Positions 19,181-29,879 of a stretch of DNA of 64,000 nucleotides are shown piece after piece. The stretch is from Candidatus Omnitrophota bacterium. GTDB taxonomy: Bacteria > Omnitrophota > Gorgyraeia > B26-G9. The stretch spans positions 7,974-71,973 of the forward strand of contig JBDRPX010000012.1 in the NCBI GenBank assembly GCA_043826565.1, given 5' to 3'. Made by a program: the position numbers and the translations under genes. The stretch's first letter is position 1. Every line of letters starts with the position of its first letter. The notes under the pieces were generated by a model. The model was given only the letters and a program-made list of their open reading frames with translations. It was not told the origin of the DNA and did not search any database.

Positions 19181-20689
19181 ATGAGCGTACAAATGAAACG
19201 CAAAATTATATCTGTTCTGGGATTAATAACGGTGATCCCATGCCTGGTTGCTTATTATTTATCGGTAAGCATGCCCGAACAGACACCTTTTTTTATAAAA
19301 ATGATCGTAATTAGTATTACCGTGGTTATCGGTACCTTGGGAGGGGTTTATCTTTTAAGGTTTATGGAAATGGTCGCTAAGTTGTACGAAAAACTTATGA
19401 ATATCGCCAATGGCGATCTTGCGCAGGAGGTAAAACCCGCGCCGGAAAGCGGGACGGAAAATCTTGCCGATTCGATTAATAAAGTTACTCAGAAATTAAG
19501 AGAAAACGCGAATGAATTGGAAAAAAGGTCGATTCTTATTGAACGCTCCGCGCAGGAGATGAAAAGAAGGGATGAAATACGCTCAACATATCTGTCTACT
19601 GTAGCGCATGAATTAAGAGCGCCGTTGATAAATATAGATAAGAGCACATCATTTTTACTGGGTGAAGAAAATATTGCCCGGGAAGAAAAAGACAATCTTG
19701 TAAAAATTATCAGTACTAATGCCAAAAGGCTGATCCATATGGTTAATGATCTGCTGGATATATCCAGAATGGAATCCGGAGAAATGGTCCTGCGGTATGA
19801 TCTGGTTGATCTGCGGGATATTATTGAGGAAGCTTCCGGGTCTGTAGAACGATGGCGGAAAAGCAAAGAATTACAGCTGGTGCTTAAGATCGCTCCGGAT
19901 TTGCCTAAAGTATATGTGGATAGAGTCCGGATTGTTCAGGTGGTGATCAATCTTCTGAGTAACGCGATTAAGTTTACTCCGCCGCATGGGAAAATTATCG
20001 TAGAGTGTAAAACAACAGAAGGTTTGAAAAATAAAGATGAGCTTTTTGTTTTGGTGGAGGTGGATGATAACGGAACGGGTTTTTCCGAGGCAATACAGGA
20101 ATTATTGTTTGTAAGATATAAATTGCAGCAGGAGCTTGGTTCTTATCGGACCGTTCCGAATACGGGGCTGGGCCTGCCGATTGCCAAACAAATAATAGAA
20201 TTGCATGGCGGAAATATCTGGGCCCAAAGCAAAACCAACAGCGGCAGTAGATTTTCTTTTACGCTTCCGGTAAAAGCTCAGGTGCTTGGAGATAGTGAGA
20301 TTTTTACTCCGGGGATAGCGCAGAAGAAAATACTGGTGATCGATGATGAAAAAGAATTACGCGATCTCCTGACCCGGGAGTTTAACAAAAAAGGATATCT
20401 TGTCGATACCGCTTTCGATGGATTTGACGGATTTAAACGAGCGGTAAAGAATGAGTATGATGTTGTCATCAGTGATATCAGAATGCCGAATATGGATGGG
20501 ATTGAGTGTTTAAAAATATTAAAAAAAATGACTCCGCATACCCAGATAATCCTGATGACTGGATTCTCTATGGGGAAAAAGGTGCAGGAAATAATCGATC
20601 AGAATGCTTATGTTTGTGTGCAAAAGCCATTTGACCTGCCTGAATTATTAGCAATTGTGGAAAAGGCAAGCAGAAGGGGTAACAAGTGA
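19181..20689 (+). CDS. Membrane histidine kinase (2 TM - HAMP - HisKA - HATPase) with C-terminal REC
   Basis: Two TM helices. H-box AHELRAPLINI. G-boxes DDNGTGF and NTGLGLPIA. Receiver ILVIDDEKEL, VVISDIRMPNMDG, CVQKPF. Confidence 0.85.
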   Translation: MSVQMKRKIISVLGLITVIPCLVAYYLSVSMPEQTPFFIKMIVISITVVIGTLGGVYLLRFMEMVAKLYEKLMNIANGDLAQEVKPAPESGTENLADSINKVTQKLRENANELEKRSILIERSAQEMKRRDEIRSTYLSTVAHELRAPLINIDKSTSFLLGEENIAREEKDNLVKIISTNAKRLIHMVNDLLDISRMESGEMVLRYDLVDLRDIIEEASGSVERWRKSKELQLVLKIAPDLPKVYVDRVRIVQVVINLLSNAIKFTPPHGKIIVECKTTEGLKNKDELFVLVEVDDNGTGFSEAIQELLFVRYKLQQELGSYRTVPNTGLGLPIAKQIIELHGGNIWAQSKTNSGSRFSFTLPVKAQVLGDSEIFTPGIAQKKILVIDDEKELRDLLTREFNKKGYLVDTAFDGFDGFKRAVKNEYDVVISDIRMPNMDGIECLKILKKMTPHTQIILMTGFSMGKKVQEIIDQNAYVCVQKPFDLPELLAIVEKASRRGNK

Positions 20690-21063
20690 TGGCCAAATTG
20701 CTTATCGTAGATGATGATTTAGTGGTCAGAGATTTGTTTGAGCGGACCTTGTCCAAGGAAGGCTATGAAGTATTTACCGCTGAGACAGGAGAACAATGTC
20801 TTGAGGTTATCTCCAATGAAGGAGCGGATAATTTTGCTTTTGTGTTCCTGGATTTAAAAATGCCGGGGATTGGAGGGGAAAATACTTTTGAGATTTTAAG
20901 GCGCTGCTATAAAAAACTAAACATTATTGTAATTAGTGCTTACGGGATGTTTTGTACGCGGGCTAAATTAATTGAAAAAGGGAACGTGATATATTTGACC
21001 AAGCCGTTTGATATGGAGTATATAAAAATTTTGGTGCGGAACCGTATTAAAGAAAAAATATAA
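20686..21063 (+). CDS. Single-domain response regulator
   Basis: LLIVDDDLVV, FVFLDLKMPGIGG, IIVISAYG, YLTKPF. Its start overlaps the stop of the upstream kinase. Confidence 0.8.
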   Translation: MMAKLLIVDDDLVVRDLFERTLSKEGYEVFTAETGEQCLEVISNEGADNFAFVFLDLKMPGIGGENTFEILRRCYKKLNIIVISAYGMFCTRAKLIEKGNVIYLTKPFDMEYIKILVRNRIKEKI

Positions 21064-21084
21064 CATGCTTACAATTAAAAATGG

Positions 21085-21408
21085 ATGTTCAGTTTAATGT
21101 TAAACGTATTAGATATGGAGGTTGTTATGAGTGAAAAAATTTTATCCATATCAGAAGCGGCAAAGTATTTGGGAGTATTTCCGCTGACTTTGAGAAATTG
21201 GGAGAAAAAAGGATTGTTAAGATCTTTTCGTACGCCCGGAGGACACCGGCGCTATAAAAAGAGCGAGCTTGACCGGATCATGGGTGTAGACCGGGAAGAA
21301 GATAAGATTAAAGAGACGATCCGGAAACTCGAAGAAATCCAGTTCCATAACGGCCGTCAGGAAAAGATTAACAAGGTTATTGAAAGCTTGAAAAAGCTGG
21401 CCGAATAA
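21085..21408 (+). CDS. Small MerR/Xis-family HTH protein (likely start at ATG 21127)
   Basis: SISEAAKYLGVFPLTLRNWEKKGLLRSFRTPGGHRRYKKSELDRI is similar to the 5672 protein. Confidence 0.55.
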   Translation: MFSLMLNVLDMEVVMSEKILSISEAAKYLGVFPLTLRNWEKKGLLRSFRTPGGHRRYKKSELDRIMGVDREEDKIKETIRKLEEIQFHNGRQEKINKVIESLKKLAE

Positions 21409-21575
21409 AGGATGCCCAATTCTCAAGTGCCGGAAATAATGCCGCTGAATGATTAAAGAATAATAATCCTTACTAGATATTATTATGCTTGCTTTGAGGT
21501 ATGTAATATATGGTATAATATTAACAAGTTATAGGGTCTAATTTTTAAACTTATAAAATTAGTAAGGAGAGAAAT

Positions 21576-23735
21576 ATGATTGTTCAAAGGCGAATAATTT
21601 ATTTTTTTATTTTTACGGTATTGTTCGGTCTGTTAATTAATGATTTTGCCCTCGCTCAGCCGGCAGATAATATCGGCACAGAATATCTGCTTTTTGAAGA
21701 GATCCCCTCGGTTTTTACCGCTTCTAAAAGAGAAGAAAAAGCTACGGAAGCTCCGGCCACGGTTTATGTTATTTCCAGAAAAGATATTGAATTAAGGGGT
21801 TATGTTAATTTAAAAGATGTGCTTCGGGATGTTCCGGGTATGGAAACAATCGAGTATTATTTTTCCGAGCAGGGAACTCTTGTCCCGGTAAGAGGAGTTG
21901 TGGGTAATAATAAGATTGTTGTTTTGGTAAACGGCATGCGCATCAATCCTCCCGGAGGGGAAGAGCTCATGCTGCGCAGTGATCTGAGTGTAAGGATGGC
22001 GGAGCAGATCGAGATAATCTATGGCCCGGGATCGACATTATACGGACAGGATGCTATAAGCGCGGTGATCAATATAATCACTAAAAAACCCGGGGACGGA
22101 AAATTTGGAGAAGCAGTAGTTTCTTTTGGCACAGAAAGTTATAAAGAGCAGTATATTGGATTTGCTAATAGAACAAAATACGCGGAGTTTTCCGGATTTA
22201 TCCAAATGATTGATTCCGGAGCTACGCGGGTGGATAAGGATTATCCGGCCTGGTGGAGCAATTATTCCGCGGTGGCTAATCCGATCGGACAGGGAACTAC
22301 GGCTGTGGACAGATGGGACGAAGGCTTGAATGCTTTTTTTAGGATGGAAAATGAAACTGATTTCATCCAGATCTGGCATAGAAAGTCCAGCCGCAGCAGT
22401 TCCGAGGGCAGTTATGCTCCGACTCTTTTTTATGTTGCAGAAGCGGAATGGGAAGACTCATCTACAGTGGTACAAGCGCGTAATGAAGCTTTAGTAACGG
22501 ATGATATCTTATTGGAATCAACAATTACCTATAATAAATATGAAGCTCAGCCGGACACGCGTTATGTCTGGCCGTCCGGGGGTGCTTTTTTCTATAATGA
22601 TTTTAAATATGCGGCTGGTACCGGAGTTTCCCTGGAAGAAAAAGTATTAATGGATGTTACGGATAAATTGGGTTTGATCGGCGGAGTAACTGTTTCGCAT
22701 TATGATATAATCCCGAAATGTACTGTGCCGGGCTCGGTAGATAGAGACGGAGATGTCGCGGCTCAGGCCGGGAGCTTTGAATATTATACGCAATTAGGAG
22801 TTGCGGCATCAAAAGTTACGGTGCAGAAAGCATATAATCTGAGATATCAAACCCAGGGCGCATACCTGGAGGCGGATTATCAGATCACCGACGCGGTAAA
22901 AACAATTATCGGCGGACGCGTTGATACAAACAGCCGCTATAACGAGGTTCCGTTTAGCCCTCGGCTGGCCGCGATCTATGATGTTGATGAAAACTGGACA
23001 TTAAAATATATCTTTACCAAAGCCTATGTGTCTCCGCCGCCTTATTTTGGGTATAATGTGTTTGATAATGGAACAGCGATCAATATTACAAATCCGAATC
23101 TTGAACCGGAAAAAGCCGTATCCAATGAGGTGAATGTCAGTTATTCAAAAGAAAAGTTATCCGTAGGTTTAAGCGGTTATTACAATAAGCAGGATAAATT
23201 ATTGATCGTGGGAGACCAGGCTTTACCGGTAAATACAGTGCAGAATGTCGTGTATACGGACCTGGCCGGAACCGGTACCCGCAAGTTAACTCAAACAGTC
23301 AATGCCGGAGAAAGCCGGTCTTTAGGGTTTGATCTGTTCGGCCGCTATAGCATAGGGAAAACTTCTTTTTGGGGATCCTTTTCTTATGTTGACTATATTG
23401 CGGAGATCGGCGGACAAAAAACCGGCTTAGACGGAATTTCCCGTGACAATGTCCGCCTGGGCATGACCTATGCTTTGCGTAAAAATTTATGGATTACGCC
23501 TAGTTTAGTTTATAGATCGACACCGGCAAATATTAATAATGCTTTAAGCCTGGATCAAGAGCTGAAAAATCCGCATGAAATAAATATGCATATTTTATAT
23601 AAGCCCAAAGAGAATTGGAGTTATTATGCGGATCTTCGTAATATAACTAATCACAAATATGCGGTTAAGGGCATCTTGGGAGCCTTGCCGCAGGAAACTT
23701 TCCGCGCGGATGTGGGCGTAAAAATCTCTTATTAG
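21576..23735 (+). CDS. TonB-dependent outer-membrane receptor
   Basis: Signal peptide. Plug domain (ISRKDIELRG ... IEIIYGPGSTLYGQDAISAVINIITKKP). Long beta-barrel. Confidence 0.8.
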   Translation: MIVQRRIIYFFIFTVLFGLLINDFALAQPADNIGTEYLLFEEIPSVFTASKREEKATEAPATVYVISRKDIELRGYVNLKDVLRDVPGMETIEYYFSEQGTLVPVRGVVGNNKIVVLVNGMRINPPGGEELMLRSDLSVRMAEQIEIIYGPGSTLYGQDAISAVINIITKKPGDGKFGEAVVSFGTESYKEQYIGFANRTKYAEFSGFIQMIDSGATRVDKDYPAWWSNYSAVANPIGQGTTAVDRWDEGLNAFFRMENETDFIQIWHRKSSRSSSEGSYAPTLFYVAEAEWEDSSTVVQARNEALVTDDILLESTITYNKYEAQPDTRYVWPSGGAFFYNDFKYAAGTGVSLEEKVLMDVTDKLGLIGGVTVSHYDIIPKCTVPGSVDRDGDVAAQAGSFEYYTQLGVAASKVTVQKAYNLRYQTQGAYLEADYQITDAVKTIIGGRVDTNSRYNEVPFSPRLAAIYDVDENWTLKYIFTKAYVSPPPYFGYNVFDNGTAINITNPNLEPEKAVSNEVNVSYSKEKLSVGLSGYYNKQDKLLIVGDQALPVNTVQNVVYTDLAGTGTRKLTQTVNAGESRSLGFDLFGRYSIGKTSFWGSFSYVDYIAEIGGQKTGLDGISRDNVRLGMTYALRKNLWITPSLVYRSTPANINNALSLDQELKNPHEINMHILYKPKENWSYYADLRNITNHKYAVKGILGALPQETFRADVGVKISY

Positions 23736-23738
23736 GGC

Positions 23739-23968
23739 TCTTTCTTTTTTTAGGTTGTTAGAAAGAACCTGATTTCACAGATTTTCAAAAGATTACAGAG
23801 ATGTTAATATATAACTCTCGAGAAAGAAAACTGTTTCTTAAGATAAATTATTTAATCGGTGTAATCAGTTTTTTAATCATTGTAATCAGGGTCATTCTTT
23901 TTTTCATCTAATCTCTTTACTTTTATTGTGTTACAGAAATTATTCCACTTTAAATAAGAATGACCCCT
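23739..23968. repeat. Inverted-repeat copy 1 (~230 bp), partner at 35494-35723
   Basis: The reverse complement of 35494-35723 matches with about 6 mismatches and one small indel. Contains internal hairpin GGCTCTTTCT-N14-AGAAAGAACC and internal IR GGGTCATTCTT-N57-AAGAATGACCC. Confidence 0.9.
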
Positions 23969-24011
23969 TATTAGCCGTGTTTAAAGGGCTTTTGCCCGAC
24001 CAAACTATCTA

Positions 24012-24040
24012 TTGACAGCCTAATGTATTGTCTGTAGAAT
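24012..24040 (+). promoter_or_regulatory. Sigma70-like promoter TTGACA-17-TAGAAT
   Basis: Read directly upstream of the flavoprotein gene. Confidence 0.4.
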
Positions 24041-24096
24041 ACTTCTATATAACCCATACCATAATAAGATGTTCCGACATTAAAAAATGTGAAACA

Positions 24097-24723
24097 ATGC
24101 GTAAAATTTACAATTTATTCTCTCAAGTTTACCGCAAAAATAAAGCTAAGACATTGTCTGTTCTGGGAATTTTAGGCAGTCCGCGTATTGGCGGTAATTC
24201 GGATATTTTGCTTGAGAGGGCCTTAGAAGGAGCCCAGGAATCGGGTGCTTCCGCGGAAAAGATCATTTTAAATTCCCTGAATATTGCCCCGTGCCAGGCC
24301 TGTGAAGAGTTAGAAGATAATACCGGGTGTATTGTCGAAGACGATATGCAGGATATTTATGCTAAGGTTCAGCAGGCGGATGTGATCATTATCGCCTCGC
24401 CAATATATTTTGGGAGCCTGAGCAGCCAGACCAAGATAATGATTGATCGTTTTCAGTGCTGGTGGCGGCTGAAAAACATTTTAAATTCTCCAATTGATTC
24501 CAAAAAAAAGCAGGGAGCGTTTATTTGTGTGCAAGCCGGAGATAAAGAGGAGTTTTTTGCTAATTCCCGGTCGATAATAAAAAATTTATTTGCTACGATC
24601 AATGCGGAATATACGGATGAATTATTATGTCCGGGGGTTGAAGATAAGGGTAGTGTTCTTGAAAAACCCGAAGTCATGGACCGGGCTTTTGAACTGGGGC
24701 AAAAATTAGTTGAACAAAAATGA
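24097..24723 (+). CDS. NADPH-dependent FMN reductase / iron-sulfur flavoprotein-like (flavodoxin fold)
   Basis: LSVLGILGSPRIGGNSDILL ... ADVIIIASPIYFGSLSSQ pattern with Cys cluster CQACE...C. The track ORF starts at 24028, but the promoter position argues for the internal ATG 24097. Confidence 0.6.
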   Translation: MRKIYNLFSQVYRKNKAKTLSVLGILGSPRIGGNSDILLERALEGAQESGASAEKIILNSLNIAPCQACEELEDNTGCIVEDDMQDIYAKVQQADVIIIASPIYFGSLSSQTKIMIDRFQCWWRLKNILNSPIDSKKKQGAFICVQAGDKEEFFANSRSIIKNLFATINAEYTDELLCPGVEDKGSVLEKPEVMDRAFELGQKLVEQK

Positions 24724-24880
24724 AAAGAAAATAGAAAATAGAAAATTAAGAATAGACAATAGGAGTTAGAGTAATAGTTTTAAGAATTTGTTATTTTACA
24801 ACACTCAACTATCAATATTCAATTGTCATTGATATTCAATGTTCATTAAAAATAATACAACTAAATAGGGAGATCAGCAA

Positions 24881-25394
<514 letters not shown>

Positions 25395-25469
25395 GAGAAA
25401 TAAAGGCTGGAAATTTTTTCTGACCTCTGTTCTCTGATTTCTGACGTCTGGCTACTTTGAGGATTTTTA

Positions 25470-28088
25470 ATGGACAAAGACTTAACCCCGATGATGAGCC
25501 AATATCTACAGATCAAAAGAGGATACCCGGATGCGATACTTTTTTTTCGCTTAGGTGATTTTTATGAAATGTTTTTTGATGACGCGAAAATCGCTTCGGC
25601 AATTCTGGGGCTGACGCTTACCGGCCGCGGTTCCGATAAAACTAACCGGGTCCCGATGTGCGGGATTCCGTATCACGCGGCGGAAAACTATATTGCCCGC
25701 TTAATCAAGAGCGAAAAAAAAGTAGCGATCTGTGAACAAATCGGAGATCCCCGGGCGGGTAAGGGGATTGTCAAAAGGGAAATAGTCCGGGTTATTACTC
25801 CCGGGACATTGCTGGGACAGAATGTGCTGAGTACGCCGAATAATAATTATGTGGTAAGTATTTACAGTCAATCCGCGGATGACTTCGGGATCGCCGTAGT
25901 TGATCTATCAACCGGAGAATTTAAAATAACCCAGCTTAAATCAGAACAGGCCATGTTAAGCGAGGTAACCCGCCTTTATCCGGCGGAAATTTTACTCCCC
26001 GGAAAGCTTAAAGAAAACGCTGGATTGATTTCCCGGATCAAGCAGCGTATTAATACCGCGATCAGCATTGCCGAAGACTGGACCTTTGATTATGCTCAGG
26101 CAATGGAAAAACTCACCAATCATTTTAAAACACGCAATTTGGCCGGATTCGGCTGTGAAGAAATGCCCAGTGCTGTTTGTTCGGCCGGCGCGGTTTTACG
26201 TTATCTCGAAGATACCCAAAAAACAGAACTGGTTCATATAAATAAACTCTCGGTTTATTCCTTAAATAAATTCATGGTCTTAGATAGTGTGGCCCAGCGC
26301 AATCTTGAACTTATCCGGACGATGCGCCAGGAAAAAGAAGGTGCTTTGCTTAATGTTATTAACTTTACGCAAGTACCGATGGGAAACCGTCTGATTACGC
26401 AGTGGATACAACAGCCGCTTTTAGATGTTTCCCAGATAGATAAGCGGCTTGACGCGGTAGAGGAATTACATAAAAATCAGATATTACGCAATCAATTGAG
26501 GGAGGAACTAAAAAATATAGTTGATATTGAGCGTCTTTTAAGCCGCCTTAGTGTAGGGCTGGCGAATGCCCGTGATGTTTTGAGTTTGAATCATTCTTTA
26601 AAGATCATTCCGCAATTAAAAAACCTGCTTAAAGGAGTTTCCGGGGAACTGCTTCTCGGGATCAAGGACGATATGAAAACATTGGACTTCTTGACCGAGC
26701 TTATTGATCAGGCTATTCGTCCGGACGCGCCGGTATCGGTGCGTGACGCAGGAATGATAAATCACGGTTTCAATGAGGAGCTTGATGAACTTCTGGATAT
26801 TACTAAAGGAGGCCGTGATTGGATCGCGGCATTGCAAAAGAAAGAAATCGAACGGACCGGAATCTCCTCATTAAAGATCAAATATAATAAAATATTCGGT
26901 TATTATATAGAGGTAACCAAAACAAATCTTCACCTGGTTCCGGATGATTATACGCGTAAACAGACTTTGGTTAATGCCGAGCGTTTTATAACTCCGCAGC
27001 TGAAAGAGCAGGAAGATAAAATTTTAAGCGCGCAGGAAAAGGTTGTTGAACTTGAGTATGAATTATTTTTAAAGATCCGCCAGGCGGTTATAGAAGAATT
27101 GGTTTTGATCCAGGCAAACGCAAATTTAATCGCGGCCTTGGATGTCCTGAATAGTTTTGCCGAAGCAGCGGCGCGTAATCGATATATCCGCCCCATACTT
27201 TCTAATGACCCGGAGATTAAAATTACCGACGGCCGGCATCCGGTTTTAGAACAATTGATCAGCCGCGGGGGGTTTATTCCCAATGATTCAATGCTGGATA
27301 ACCGAGAACATCAGCTATTGGTCATTACCGGCCCGAATATGGCGGGAAAGTCTACCTATATCCGGCAGGTCGCTTTAATTGTGCTTATGGCGCAAATGGG
27401 TAGTTTTGTCCCGGCAAAATCCGCGCGGATCGGTATTGTGGATAGGATCTTTACCCGTGTGGGCGCGGCCGATGATATTACCGCGGGCATGAGTACTTTT
27501 ATGATGGAGATGAGCGAAACAGCGAATATCCTTAATAATGCTACTTCGCGAAGCCTGATCATTCTTGATGAGATCGGCCGGGGAACGAGCACCTTTGACG
27601 GTTTGAGCATTGCCTGGGCTACGGCCGAATATTTACATAAAAAAGAAGGCCCCAAACCAAAAACTTTATTTGCTACGCATTATCATGAATTGGCGGAACT
27701 GGAATTAACCTGTCCGGGAGTGAAAAATTATAATGTCGCGGTGCGGGAATGGAAGGATGAAGTTACCTTTCTCTACAAACTTATTGAAGGTTCCGCGGAT
27801 CATTCTTATGGAATTCATGTGGGTAGATTAGCCGGATTGCCGCAGGAGGTTATCAGCCGGGCGCGGGAGATATTAAGTAATCTGGAGATTAACAGTGTTT
27901 CCAGTAACGGGATTCCCAGCTTGGTCAAATCCGATAAAACAATTCCGGAGAATCAGCCGGAATTATTCGGAAGAAAAGACAATTCCTTAATAGATGAAAT
28001 TCGCGCGGTGGAACTAAATTCATTAAGCCCCCTGGAAGCGCTTAATTTGATCAATAAATGGAAAAAGAAATTAAAGAAGGAAAATTGA
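25470..28088 (+). CDS. mutS: DNA mismatch repair protein MutS
   Basis: Mismatch-binding GDFYEMFF. Walker A GPNMAGKSTYIRQ. DEIGRGTSTFDG. 872 aa. Confidence 0.95.
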   Translation: MDKDLTPMMSQYLQIKRGYPDAILFFRLGDFYEMFFDDAKIASAILGLTLTGRGSDKTNRVPMCGIPYHAAENYIARLIKSEKKVAICEQIGDPRAGKGIVKREIVRVITPGTLLGQNVLSTPNNNYVVSIYSQSADDFGIAVVDLSTGEFKITQLKSEQAMLSEVTRLYPAEILLPGKLKENAGLISRIKQRINTAISIAEDWTFDYAQAMEKLTNHFKTRNLAGFGCEEMPSAVCSAGAVLRYLEDTQKTELVHINKLSVYSLNKFMVLDSVAQRNLELIRTMRQEKEGALLNVINFTQVPMGNRLITQWIQQPLLDVSQIDKRLDAVEELHKNQILRNQLREELKNIVDIERLLSRLSVGLANARDVLSLNHSLKIIPQLKNLLKGVSGELLLGIKDDMKTLDFLTELIDQAIRPDAPVSVRDAGMINHGFNEELDELLDITKGGRDWIAALQKKEIERTGISSLKIKYNKIFGYYIEVTKTNLHLVPDDYTRKQTLVNAERFITPQLKEQEDKILSAQEKVVELEYELFLKIRQAVIEELVLIQANANLIAALDVLNSFAEAAARNRYIRPILSNDPEIKITDGRHPVLEQLISRGGFIPNDSMLDNREHQLLVITGPNMAGKSTYIRQVALIVLMAQMGSFVPAKSARIGIVDRIFTRVGAADDITAGMSTFMMEMSETANILNNATSRSLIILDEIGRGTSTFDGLSIAWATAEYLHKKEGPKPKTLFATHYHELAELELTCPGVKNYNVAVREWKDEVTFLYKLIEGSADHSYGIHVGRLAGLPQEVISRAREILSNLEINSVSSNGIPSLVKSDKTIPENQPELFGRKDNSLIDEIRAVELNSLSPLEALNLINKWKKKLKKEN

Positions 28089-28174
28089 AAATAGAGAATA
28101 GAAAATTGATGTTTGGAATTAATGTTTTACAATCTTCAATTTTCAATAATCAATAATCATTTTTATGTTTAATT

Positions 28175-29869
28175 ATGGCTAAAATAAAAATTCTTCCCAA
28201 ATTATTAGCGGATAAGATCGCGGCCGGTGAAGTTGTGGAGCGTCCGGCTTCGGTGGTAAAAGAGCTGATGGAAAATGCTTTGGATGCCGGAAGTACGGCT
28301 ATTGAAGTGGTCATCGAAGATGCCGGATGCAAACTGATCAGGGTAATCGATAATGGCGAAGGCATGGCCGAAGATGATTTAAAGCTGGCGGCGCAGCGGC
28401 ATGCGACAAGCAAGATAAGTAAAGACGATGATTTAAACAATATTAATACTTTAGGCTTTCGCGGAGAAGCTTTATCGAGTATCGCGGCCGTAAGTTTTTT
28501 GACGATAACTTCCGCAATCCGGACAGAAGGGACAGCCTGGATGATTGAAGCTGAAGGCGGAAATATTAAAAACCTGCGTCAGACAGCGCGTACTCCGGGG
28601 ACGACAGTAGAGATGCGAAATCTTTTTTATAATACGCCGGCCCGGTTAAAATTTCTCAAAAGCAGATCTACGGAAATGTATCATATCACCCGAACAGTTA
28701 CAGAATTAGCTTTGGCTAATCCGGGCACTGCTTTTAGGCTGGTAAATAATAATGAAGAAATAATCAATATAGATAATAGCAGCGGTTTGTCCGACCGGAT
28801 CAATATTCTGCTGGGGGAAGAATTTTCCGGCCGGATCATCCCGATAAATTTCCATACGGCTCCGTTAAAGGTTAAGGGATTTATTTCCCGAGCCGGAACA
28901 GGCTGTTCAACCCGCAAAAACCAGCATATTTTTGTGAATAAACGCCCGGTAATAGATAAAACGATTTCACATGCTATAATTTCCGGGTATCATACTTTTC
29001 TCGGGGAAAAACAATTTCCGCTGATCGTATTGTTTCTGGAAACACCGCCGGCATCGATTGATGTGAATGTCCATCCGTCTAAGCGCGAGATACGTTTCCG
29101 GGAAACTTCCCTGCTCCATGATATTCTGGTCAAACTTATTAAAGATGCTTTAACTCAAAAAGAAAATTTGCCGGAATTAAAACCGGTGCTCGGGGCAATG
29201 CGGATACGTTCAGCCGAACAGCCCTACGCGCAGCAAATATTTGAAAAAGAGTTCTTTTCATCACCGGTAAAAGATATGGGTATTGACTTGTCGGCGCAAA
29301 CCGTGGATTATTTGCATGTAAAGAACACTTATATTGTTTCACAGGATAAGGACGGCCTTATTATTATTGATCAGCACGCGGCGCATGAGCGGATTCTTTT
29401 TGATGAATTACTGGCGCAGTTCAAAGCGAAAAGGATAGAAAAACAAAAACTGCTTTTGCCGGTGATTTTGCATTTAAATAAAGCGCAGGCGTTTTTAGTT
29501 GAGGATTGTAAGGGTGTATTCAGGGGATTGGGTTTTGATATCGAGGACTTTGGAGGACAGTCATTCACCGTGCAGGCATATCCGGCAGTTTTAGGAGATG
29601 TGAATATCGCGGCTGTTTTTGAAAAAACATTAGCGGAAATTGCCGAGTTGGATTTAAGTGCGGATACCGAGCAAAGAATGACGCAAATACTTGCTCCGGT
29701 TGCCTGTCATGCTGCGGTTCGGGCGCATGATAAACTTTCTCCTGAGCTGATTAACGCGCTTTTTGATCAATTAAGTAAAACCGCGTCTCCGTATACATGT
29801 CCGCATGGCCGTCCGACGATGATCACCATAAAATGGGCAGAGTTAGAAAAAAGATTTAAAAGAACCTAA
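28175..29869 (+). CDS. mutL: DNA mismatch repair protein MutL (with endonuclease motif)
   Basis: GHKL ATPase N-terminus (ELMENALDAG, DNGEGM, GFRGEAL). C-terminal DQHAAHERILFDELL endonuclease motif. Confidence 0.95.
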   Translation: MAKIKILPKLLADKIAAGEVVERPASVVKELMENALDAGSTAIEVVIEDAGCKLIRVIDNGEGMAEDDLKLAAQRHATSKISKDDDLNNINTLGFRGEALSSIAAVSFLTITSAIRTEGTAWMIEAEGGNIKNLRQTARTPGTTVEMRNLFYNTPARLKFLKSRSTEMYHITRTVTELALANPGTAFRLVNNNEEIINIDNSSGLSDRINILLGEEFSGRIIPINFHTAPLKVKGFISRAGTGCSTRKNQHIFVNKRPVIDKTISHAIISGYHTFLGEKQFPLIVLFLETPPASIDVNVHPSKREIRFRETSLLHDILVKLIKDALTQKENLPELKPVLGAMRIRSAEQPYAQQIFEKEFFSSPVKDMGIDLSAQTVDYLHVKNTYIVSQDKDGLIIIDQHAAHERILFDELLAQFKAKRIEKQKLLLPVILHLNKAQAFLVEDCKGVFRGLGFDIEDFGGQSFTVQAYPAVLGDVNIAAVFEKTLAEIAELDLSADTEQRMTQILAPVACHAAVRAHDKLSPELINALFDQLSKTASPYTCPHGRPTMITIKWAELEKRFKRT

Positions 29870-29879
29870 GGAGATCGAC

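Noticed and set aside
21576-23735. Secretin (PilQ/GspD) for the pilus system
   Set aside because: The N-terminus has a TonB-dependent-receptor plug motif series (IEIIYGPGSTLYGQDAISAVINIITK), not secretin N0/N1 or secretin-domain motifs.
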